From Candidatus Sumerlaeia bacterium (GTDB lineage Bacteria > Sumerlaeota > Sumerlaeia > SLMS01): a DNA stretch of 13,187 nt. The notes beneath the pieces are model-generated. The model did no database searches. It was not told the origin of the DNA and saw only the letters and a list, made by a program, of their open reading frames with translations. The translations under genes and the position numbers were made by a program. Below are positions 6,853 through 13,187 of the stretch, in pieces (within the stretch, counting starts at the first letter, position 1; the number at the start of each line of letters is the position of its first letter). The stretch covers positions 1-13,187 of the forward strand of contig JBBQYG010000114.1 in the NCBI GenBank assembly GCA_038208905.1, in the 5' to 3' direction.

Positions 6853-8451
6853 CTATCCCACCGGGGTGGAAAGGAGCTCGATGCTACGTGCCTTGAAGGC
6901 CTGCATGACCCGTCGCGCCTCTGGCGAGGGCGTGGCGCGGAAGATGGCCTGCATCTCCGTCAGTGCCCGGTCGAGCAGGCTGCGCTTTTCATCGGCGCTG
7001 GAAAGCTTCGCGGCCACCGCCAACGCTTCGACGCCCAACAGGCGCACCGTGTCGTCGCCCGTCTGGACGCGCTTCCCCGATTCCGAGCAATACAGGACGA
7101 TCAGATGCCCGGTGGCGGCCATCCCCTCCAGCGCGAGGAGGAACGCCAGTCGCGACCGGACCGCGAGCTCGGTGTGGTCCGGCGGCATCAGCAGCGCCCG
7201 CCGATAGTGGCGGCACGCCTCCCGTCCATTTCCGAGGCTTTCGAGGGCGATTCCCAGAATCAACAGCATCCAGGGCTTCGTGCCGGACCTCCCCTCGTAG
7301 GCGGAAAGATGCGCCACCACCTCCGCGGGCTTCCCCTTGTCCATCAGCCACGCGCCAACTCCGCCCCACAGGATTGCATTCGAGTTGATAGCCGCTCGAT
7401 TGGCGGCGACCCAGCGCGACACGGCCCCCGGCACCAAGAGTTGGCCCGAGTAGGTGGAGAGGAAGCGCGCCATGGCCCGGGGATAGCGCAGGGGTTCGAC
7501 GGAGATAACATTGTAAATCTCGATGACCTGGCCTCGATTGCCGCGCTGGCCGCAGCGTTCAAGCATCTCCAGGGCGTAGCTATCGACCGCGCGGCGCGAC
7601 CGAAGCTGCTCGATCGCAAACTGGTCCGAACCCACCAGCCCCATGTTGTGAAGGCAAATGTCGAGGACCTCGCGCTGAAACTCCTCCGAATCGCCCCGCG
7701 CGTCCGATGCGAGGCGCTGGATGATCAGAAGGGCATCGGGATGGCGTCGACTACGGAATAGTGCATCCGCCGACCGTAGGAGCGTCGCAGGCTTGGATCC
7801 CTCGCCTTGCAGGAACGGCTCGAGGAAGCGGACGGCTTCCTCAGAGTGATTCTGGTCGAGGAGAAACTCCGCGAATCCGCGCGCGGCGTCTTCATCCCCC
7901 GGATTGTTGGCGAGCAGACGCTCATAGGCGCGCCGGGCACGCGGCTCGTCCCTCAGCCGCCTTGCCGCGCGCGCCATCGCGGAAAGGAGAGCACGGTCGT
8001 CCGGAGATTGCGCGAGCCCTGCTTCCGCCAACGCGGCGGCCCCGGCGTTGTCTCCGGTGTCGAGCATCCAATCGACCAAGTTCGCGCGCGCCGAAGTGCT
8101 GCCGGGGTGGCGGGCCAGCGTGGCGCGCGCCTCGGCGATGGCTTCTTCGCGCAGGCCAAGATTCCAGTGGATCCACGCCAACCGCGACCGCGCTTCGGCG
8201 TGGTCCGGATAGTAGCGCGTGTACTCTTCCAGAAGGCGCTGGGCCAGTTTGGCCTCGCCTCCGCTCGCGAGGATTCGAGCCTCCAGATCGAGTGGCTCGT
8301 ACCATCCGGAATCCGCGCGCAGCAGACCTTCCGCGAGCTGGCGCGCCTCGATGCGGTTTCCTGCTTCAAAAAGACTCGACGCGCGGGCAAGCGTCTGAGC
8401 CCGCGTCTCGTGTCCAAGATCAACCGCGCCAACTTCCACCGATACGTCCAT
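6853..8451 (-). CDS. Tetratricopeptide repeat (TPR) protein, ~532 aa
   Basis: Repeated TPR units: YYPDHAEARSRLAWIHWNLGLREEAIAEARATLARHP, GLAQSPDDRALLSAMARA...ARRAYERLLANNPGDEDA, LGIALESLGNGREACRHYRRALLMPPD. ATG at 8451 is preferred over TTG at 8511, which overlaps the kinase end; the start is uncertain. No signal peptide or TM segment seen. Confidence 0.82.
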   Translation of the reverse strand: MDVSVEVGAVDLGHETRAQTLARASSLFEAGNRIEARQLAEGLLRADSGWYEPLDLEARILASGGEAKLAQRLLEEYTRYYPDHAEARSRLAWIHWNLGLREEAIAEARATLARHPGSTSARANLVDWMLDTGDNAGAAALAEAGLAQSPDDRALLSAMARAARRLRDEPRARRAYERLLANNPGDEDAARGFAEFLLDQNHSEEAVRFLEPFLQGEGSKPATLLRSADALFRSRRHPDALLIIQRLASDARGDSEEFQREVLDICLHNMGLVGSDQFAIEQLRSRRAVDSYALEMLERCGQRGNRGQVIEIYNVISVEPLRYPRAMARFLSTYSGQLLVPGAVSRWVAANRAAINSNAILWGGVGAWLMDKGKPAEVVAHLSAYEGRSGTKPWMLLILGIALESLGNGREACRHYRRALLMPPDHTELAVRSRLAFLLALEGMAATGHLIVLYCSESGKRVQTGDDTVRLLGVEALAVAAKLSSADEKRSLLDRALTEMQAIFRATPSPEARRVMQAFKARSIELLSTPVG

Positions 8452-8489
8452 TTTGCCGTGCCGATCTTCGCGATGGGGGTCGGGCCAGG

Positions 8490-11447
8490 CTAATGACAAG
8501 CCTTGGCCCAAACCTGTTCCAGCTCGGCGACACCGGGAACGGGCGCCAGGGTGGTGAGAGTTATTCCCGCCGTGGCGCAGATTTCCGCAAGGGCGTTCAG
8601 ATCATTCTGCCCTTCGAATGCCTCGCCGAGCGCGATATAGGCGCCTACGAGCGTGACAATATCTCCGCGCCACAAGTTGCTGTTTGGGTCCTTGTAGGCG
8701 AGCCGCTCGGCAACCAAGAGCCCGGATTCGTAGGCGCGCTTTGCATCCGCCAGACGACCAGAGGCCGCGCGTGCACGGCCAGCCTGGAGGACGGCCTTCA
8801 GAAGCGTGTGCTGCCAGAGGGCATTGTTGGAATCTCTCGAAGCGAGCGTCTGGGCCTGATCCAGCCCCATGTCGCCTTCCGCCACGGCGCGGGGCAGGTC
8901 ATCCGCCGCCAGATGCAGGGTTGACCGGCGCAGATGGACAGCGGCCAGCAGCCTGAGCCAACGCGGCTGCGATGGCTCCTCCACGCGCCCCCGCTGGGCA
9001 ATGTCGAGGGCCTTGGAGTAAGCCTCATTCGCAAGGACCTGCTCGCCTTCGGATTCGCTCAACTGTCCCGTCCGCATCAGGCTCTCCGCCAAGTCGATGC
9101 GGAAGCCGCCGTCGGAAGGATACTCCTTGGATAGAAACTCGCGGACCTTGAGCTCGCGTTCGAATGTCACCCGCGCCAAGCCGATGTTGCCCTGCCGCAG
9201 GAACGCATCGCCCAGCCAGGAATAGGCGGTCGCCATGTCACCCGTCCAATCCGGGTCGTTCTGCTTCGAGGCCACGAGGCGATCAACGACTTCCACGAGC
9301 TTCTCCTGATCCGCGCCGAGGCCGGAGAGATCATCCTGCGCAAGGAGGAAGCTATTGATCTTGTCCAGATCCTCGCGGGCGATGCTTCCATCGTCGGCCT
9401 CCGGACCAAGTGTCCGGAGGGCCGCCTTCACCGCGGCGGCAAGGGCGCGCGCCAGATTCACTTGTTGGCCCTTGATGTCCCCTTGGTCGGCCAGCACCTG
9501 ACCAATCAGGATATGGCTATAGCCGAGCTGGCTGAGCCATTCCTCGTTGCCGGGCTCCTCCGCCACAATCTCAACGCATGCCTCGTTGAACTGGCGAAGC
9601 AGGTCCAAGGCAAGGCCACTGTCGCCGAGTTGGCGCTGGACGAGGCCAACGGTACGCAAGGCAAGGGCGCGCTGGCGTTTCGTCTCGATAGAAGCCTCGT
9701 CTTCGGGGACGCGATTGTAGTAATCGAGAACGCTCTGGCCGACTTGGAGGAGCGGCTCGAGCTGGGCGCTCGGCTCTAGGCTTTCGCGCAGGTCCGTGAG
9801 CATGAAATTGACGAGGCGGTGGGCGTCGTTGCGCGCCGTCTGCGCCTTGTCGCGCTCCGCCAGCGCGTTGTCGCGCTCCACCATGACCTGCCGGTTGAAC
9901 CAGGTGCCAAGGGCGAGCATTCCCATGAAAAAAATGCCGACGAAGCTGATGGACCAGTGGCGGATCCGTTCGCGCCTCCGTGCGCGGTCCTCCGCCTGGG
10001 AAACCGCGATCAGCAGTTGGTCGCGGATTTCCGAAGGTTCGAGGCTCTCCGCCTGGAGCCTCGCGAGCACCAGATCGTCATTGGCCAGCGCCGCGCGGCA
10101 CCACTGGGTATGGGAGCGCTGGCTCAGCCAGGAGATCGACGGGTTATCGCCCCAGAGCGCCTGGGCGCGGGAGACATGGCCGATACAATGTCCAAAGTCG
10201 CCGTAGGTGGCGCCCTTCTTCTCCAGATCGCGGGCCACCTGATCGGTGATTGTCAGGGATTCGCGGCGGCGGGATGATCCGGAGAGGTAATCCTGGATGA
10301 GATGGAGAAACTCCCCTGCAGTCTGGAGGCGGTCCTTTATATCCGGCTTCATCGCGATCATCGCAAGGTCCACCAACTCGGGTGGCATGTCGCGCCCGGG
10401 AGTGGCCTTTTCCGGTGGCGGCACATCTCCAAGGCTCGCGCGCAGGAACGCTTCGCGCGTGGAGACCGCCTGATGCGGCGGCTTTGCAGTGAGCAGGTAG
10501 TAGAGGATGCCGCCCAGAAGATAGACATCCGTCCACGGGCCGATGCGATTGGGGCGCCGCTCGGTTTGCTCCGGCGCCATGAAGGCGGGAGTTCCCGCGG
10601 GGTTGGAGGCTGAATCCGCCGTGTGGAGGAACTGCAAGTCGATCCGCTGCCCCACGCGCGCCAGCGCCTCCCGGTCGAAGACCATGGAGAGACCCCAGTC
10701 GGCCAGAAGCACCTCGCCGAACTCGCCGACGATCACCTGCGCGGGCTTGAGATCGCGATGCACCACGCCGCGCGAGTGCGCAAACGCCACGGCCTGGGTC
10801 ACCTGCACCAGGATCGGGATGTGGCGAGCAAGGAACTCCGCGGGATCCGTCGCGTTGAACTCGTCTTCGATCAACTTGTTCCACGGATCGCCGCGCACAT
10901 ACTTCATTGCAATCAGCGGCGAGCCATCCTCGTCCACGCCCAAGTCGTGTACAGGGACAATGTTTGGGTGGTCGAGGTTGGCGGTGGTGACGGCTTCCTG
11001 CCGGAACTCGGCTTTCATCACCTTGGACATCAGGCTCCGGTCTTCCTCGTCACCCTGCAGGATGTCGCGGCGCAGGCGCTTGACGGCGACGATTCGGTTG
11101 AGGCTGACCTGAACGGCCTCCCAGACCTCGCCGAAGCCGCCCTTGCCCACAATCTTGCGGAGGCGGAACGTCGAGCCACCCTGGCCGACCTCCTCTTCCT
11201 CCACGCCATCCTCCATCCCCTTTTCAAGGCGAAGTGCCCATCGCGACATCTGGATGTTGTCGGAAGTTGGGAGCTGGGAGGCGTTCAGGCGCATCGAGTC
11301 GGAGACGCCGGGCGCGATTCGCAGGTGAGTTTGGGAGGGATCGTAGGAAAGGAGCGAATCCTCCGGGAGGTCCGACGGGAAATCGGGCCCCGCCATGGTC
11401 TCCTGCTCCGATTCTTCGCCCGCATCCGGCTTCCGCATTATTTCCAC
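8490..11447 (-). CDS. Hanks-type Ser/Thr protein kinase with single TM helix and C-terminal TPR region, 985 aa
   Basis: GKGGFGEV, VAVK, EFRQEA, LDHPNIVPVHDLG, HRDLKPAQ, DWG, GTPAFMAPEQ, TDVYLLGGILYYLLT, DR. TM segment WSISFVGIFFMGMLALGTWF (aa 498-517), coiled-coil ERDNALAERDKAQTARNDA, then TPR-like repeats (e.g. DMATAYSWLGDAFLRQGNIGLARVTFERELKVRE). Start is GTG 11447 or ATG 11438. Confidence 0.93.
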   Translation of the reverse strand: MEIMRKPDAGEESEQETMAGPDFPSDLPEDSLLSYDPSQTHLRIAPGVSDSMRLNASQLPTSDNIQMSRWALRLEKGMEDGVEEEEVGQGGSTFRLRKIVGKGGFGEVWEAVQVSLNRIVAVKRLRRDILQGDEEDRSLMSKVMKAEFRQEAVTTANLDHPNIVPVHDLGVDEDGSPLIAMKYVRGDPWNKLIEDEFNATDPAEFLARHIPILVQVTQAVAFAHSRGVVHRDLKPAQVIVGEFGEVLLADWGLSMVFDREALARVGQRIDLQFLHTADSASNPAGTPAFMAPEQTERRPNRIGPWTDVYLLGGILYYLLTAKPPHQAVSTREAFLRASLGDVPPPEKATPGRDMPPELVDLAMIAMKPDIKDRLQTAGEFLHLIQDYLSGSSRRRESLTITDQVARDLEKKGATYGDFGHCIGHVSRAQALWGDNPSISWLSQRSHTQWCRAALANDDLVLARLQAESLEPSEIRDQLLIAVSQAEDRARRRERIRHWSISFVGIFFMGMLALGTWFNRQVMVERDNALAERDKAQTARNDAHRLVNFMLTDLRESLEPSAQLEPLLQVGQSVLDYYNRVPEDEASIETKRQRALALRTVGLVQRQLGDSGLALDLLRQFNEACVEIVAEEPGNEEWLSQLGYSHILIGQVLADQGDIKGQQVNLARALAAAVKAALRTLGPEADDGSIAREDLDKINSFLLAQDDLSGLGADQEKLVEVVDRLVASKQNDPDWTGDMATAYSWLGDAFLRQGNIGLARVTFERELKVREFLSKEYPSDGGFRIDLAESLMRTGQLSESEGEQVLANEAYSKALDIAQRGRVEEPSQPRWLRLLAAVHLRRSTLHLAADDLPRAVAEGDMGLDQAQTLASRDSNNALWQHTLLKAVLQAGRARAASGRLADAKRAYESGLLVAERLAYKDPNSNLWRGDIVTLVGAYIALGEAFEGQNDLNALAEICATAGITLTTLAPVPGVAELEQVWAKACH

Positions 11448-11477
11448 GCCATTCAGACTCGAGATGCCATTTTCGGG

Positions 11478-11507
11478 ATAGTATTCACCCCACCTTCAAA
11501 CACACAA
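11478..11507 (-). promoter_or_regulatory. Candidate sigma70-type promoter for the kinase-TPR-UDG genes
   Basis: The minus strand reads TTGTGT (11507-11502), 18 nt, TACTAT (11483-11478), about 30 nt upstream of the kinase start, in a locally AT-rich stretch. Confidence 0.4.
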
Positions 11508-11554
11508 TGGAATCGTGCGGTCCCCGGGGTGACTCCCTGAAAATGGCCTGCAAC

Positions 11555-12115
11555 CTACCTGAATTTGATCAGGCGCCTCCATAGGGGTAGTCGGCTCGAC
11601 TCCTCGCGGAACACAACCGACGCCCCCACCGAGGTCCGGACATCCTCGATCGTGATAAACACCCCCGGCGCATAGCGATGAATAGCCTGTACCGTGAGCT
11701 TGACCTTCTTCCTCGGCACAACGAGGAAGCAGAGCTCCGCCTCCCCTGACGCCCCCGTGGCGGCCACTTGGGTAACCGTCAGGCGCCGCTTGCGCAGAAA
11801 AGGCACAATGGGGCGGCTGGCGTCCACGTTCACTATCCGAATCATCTGGTCCCCAAGGGCGACCGTCTCCTCGATCAGCATCCCCACCAGGGTCCCCGCA
11901 GCAAATCCCGCACCGTAGGCAAGGACCGTAACCAAGCTCTGGGAGATGTTGGAGATCACGGCCGAAACCGCGAATATCCAAATAATGACCTCGAAGAACC
12001 CCAAGGTTGCGGCCATCAGCTTCATTCCGCGCATGATCAGAATGACACGCATGGTCCCGATCGAGACGTCTCCGATGCGGGCGAAGAAAATAAGAATCGG
12101 CAGGTACCACTCCAC
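11555..12115 (-). CDS. DUF5698/DUF2179 (UPF0316/YebE-like) membrane protein with C-terminal PII-like domain, ~186 aa
   Basis: Signature LIFFARIGDVSIGTMRVILIMRG...AATLGFFEVIIWIFAVSAVI...VLAYGAGFAAGTLVGMLIEETVALG, then LTVTQVAATGASG...VVPRKKV...IHRYAPGVFITIEDVR. Start reassigned to GTG 12115, which has GAGAGGGA 8 nt upstream; the 28 extra residues from ATG 12199 look non-coding. Confidence 0.9.
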   Translation of the reverse strand: MEWYLPILIFFARIGDVSIGTMRVILIMRGMKLMAATLGFFEVIIWIFAVSAVISNISQSLVTVLAYGAGFAAGTLVGMLIEETVALGDQMIRIVNVDASRPIVPFLRKRRLTVTQVAATGASGEAELCFLVVPRKKVKLTVQAIHRYAPGVFITIEDVRTSVGASVVFREESSRLPLWRRLIKFR

Positions 12116-12200
12116 AGGCTGCGTCCCTCTCGAACGGCGATTATGTCGATGGCGCCACGGGAGGCCATCGCGATTTGGATCGTCAAGCCCATTGCCCATG

Positions 12201-12219
12201 TCGGATTCGTCGAATCCGA
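12201..12219. promoter_or_regulatory. Perfect 9-1-9 palindrome in the divergent intergenic region (candidate operator)
   Basis: TCGGATTCG-T-CGAATCCGA, further flanked by CCA (12196-12198)/TGG (12222-12224). The palindrome is certain; the operator role is inference. Confidence 0.45.
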
Positions 12220-12284
12220 ATTGGTGAAAATGCTGCGAAGCTCGGGAACCTTCGCGGGGAAGTCGCTGTCGTTACCCACAGGAA

Positions 12285-12380
12285 GCCCGGCTGGGCGTGG
12301 ATTCCCCCCTTGACGCATCGCGGAGAGGGCTGAATCTTGGCTGAAAGGCGTTGAGTCTCAACGAATCGACCCAGCCGGGC
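12285..12380. repeat. 11-bp perfect inverted repeat enclosing nested palindromes upstream of the prepilin gene
   Basis: GCCCGGCTGGG (12285-12295)/CCCAGCCGGGC (12370-12380). Inside are GATTC (12300-12304)/GAATC (12363-12367), CGTTGAG-T-CTCAACG (12349-12363) and a TTGACG hexamer (12310-12315). Confidence 0.7.
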
Positions 12381-12413
12381 GCCACAATTTGGGGAGAAGA
12401 GGTCGGCCCAGCC

Positions 12414-13148
12414 ATGTCGAGCAAGAGCGGGCGCGCGGGAAAGCGCGCTGAAGTCAGTTGGAAGCAGTCCTTGTCGCGCTCCCGCCCAACCGGCGGAACG
12501 CGGGCATTCACCCTGATCGAGTTGCTCGTGGTGGTGGCCATCATCTCCATTCTCGCCGGCATCGCCCTTCCCAATTTCCTGGAGGCACAGACGCGCTCCA
12601 AAGTGGCGCGGGTGCGGGCCGATCAGCGGACTCTGGCCACGGCGCTGGAGTCCTACTTCATCGACAACAACCGCTATCCCCCGCGGACCAAGGTTCCCGC
12701 CGCCGCCGGCATCCTCGGCCTTCCCGATACTCTCTTGCGCGTCGAGCAGATGAGCGTGATAACCACCCCGATCAGCTACCTCACCTCGCTTCCCTCCGAT
12801 GTTTTCGAGAATCGGGTTGCCGCCCCAAACAACCTCATCGATTACTACGATCCGCTGACAGTGCAGCACATGCGTCGTTCCGCACTCGGGTCCAACAACG
12901 TGGACCTCGACTATGCTGCCGAGAGTGGTGGTGCGAAGGTCTTCGACTTCGGGTGGATGCTGCTGTCTGTCGGGCCGGACACGGTGCTCGGAAATTCCGG
13001 AAACCAAGGGAACTATCCGGTTCGGAGTCCCAGTATCAGTTGGAACGACGAATACGACCCCACGAACGGGACGGTCACGGGCGGAAACGTGACGCGATTC
13101 TTCAAGAACGGAGCGACCGCGACGGATGCGTTCCGAACCAAGCCCTAA
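12414..13148 (+). CDS. Prepilin-type N-terminal cleavage/methylation domain protein (GspG/type IV pilin-like), ~244 aa
   Basis: Basic leader, then RA|FTLIELLVVVAIISILAGIALPNFLEAQTRSKVARVRADQRTLATALESYFIDNNRYP with Glu at +5. C-terminal WMLLSVGPD (GspG-like LxSxGPD) and YDPTNGTVTGGNV. ATG 12414 is preceded by GGGGAGAAGAGG (12391-12402). Confidence 0.92.
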   Translation: MSSKSGRAGKRAEVSWKQSLSRSRPTGGTRAFTLIELLVVVAIISILAGIALPNFLEAQTRSKVARVRADQRTLATALESYFIDNNRYPPRTKVPAAAGILGLPDTLLRVEQMSVITTPISYLTSLPSDVFENRVAAPNNLIDYYDPLTVQHMRRSALGSNNVDLDYAAESGGAKVFDFGWMLLSVGPDTVLGNSGNQGNYPVRSPSISWNDEYDPTNGTVTGGNVTRFFKNGATATDAFRTKP

Positions 13149-13158
13149 GGAGCACGGC

Positions 13159-13187
13159 ATGTCCTGCCTGAAAGCCCTGAAGCAAAC
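13159..13187 (+). CDS. Probable 5' end of the next gene (MSCLKALKQ...), truncated by the window edge
   Basis: AAGGAG (13147-13152) overlaps the prepilin stop codon, 6 nt before ATG 13159. The frame is open to the window end. Product unknown. Confidence 0.55.

Noticed and set aside
987..11447. Treating the three enzymes with altered catalytic residues as one system, or as evidence of an alternative genetic code
   Set aside because: The substitutions use unrelated ordinary codons, Cys/His/Asn codons are normal at other conserved sites (UDG Cys, HRD His, AGN Asn), and the radical SAM-like gene is in a separate convergent unit.
1506..11540. Long alternative ORFs (1506-2843 -, 3635-5035 +, 6745-7761 +, 7761-8924 +, 10623-11540 + and similar)
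   Set aside because: They overlap well-supported genes on the opposite strand or frame, have no motifs, and are expected in high-GC DNA.
12320..12363. Glycine-riboswitch-like string GGAGAG...CTGAAAGGCG...CTCAACG
   Set aside because: It does not match the CCGAAG and CUCUCAGG cores or the P1 pairing, and the downstream gene is unrelated to glycine metabolism.
12204..12367. Six GANTC sites within about 165 nt (possible methylation control)
   Set aside because: Most are by-products of the palindromes already reported, GANTC also occurs often elsewhere in the window, and no methyltransferase gene is present.
12183..13160. 325-aa minus-strand ORF
   Set aside because: Antisense shadow of the prepilin gene, with no recognisable motifs.

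Overview
GC-rich (by eye about 65% GC), gene-dense bacterial chromosomal window. I found no rRNA, tRNA, CRISPR array or mobile element. From left to right: (+) a small membrane-anchored Zn-ribbon/DUF2007-like protein; (+) a cobalamin-binding (class B-type) radical SAM homologue in which all three CxxxCxxC cysteines are replaced (SRGFPFQTLFS) and which carries an extra C-terminal beta-sandwich domain; a hairpin terminator; then five minus-strand genes, in transcription order a DUF5698/DUF2179 (UPF0316-like) membrane protein, a membrane Ser/Thr kinase-TPR protein whose catalytic-loop Asn is replaced by Gln, a TPR protein, a tightly coupled uracil-DNA glycosylase-family protein, and a secreted subtilase-clan protease with Glu at the His position and two tandem ~175-aa C-terminal domains; finally (+) a prepilin-type N-terminal cleavage/methylation protein and the start of a following gene. 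The pilin style and the protease C-terminal repeats suggest Candidatus Sumerlaeota (BRC1) or a related lineage (inference from recalled patterns, not a search). The most notable signals are the intact but cluster-less radical SAM pseudoenzyme, the non-canonical catalytic residues of the kinase and protease, and intergenic regions rich in palindromes and long-range inverted repeats. All family calls come from motif recognition by eye; several start codons were moved from the ORF track on RBS or signal-peptide evidence.
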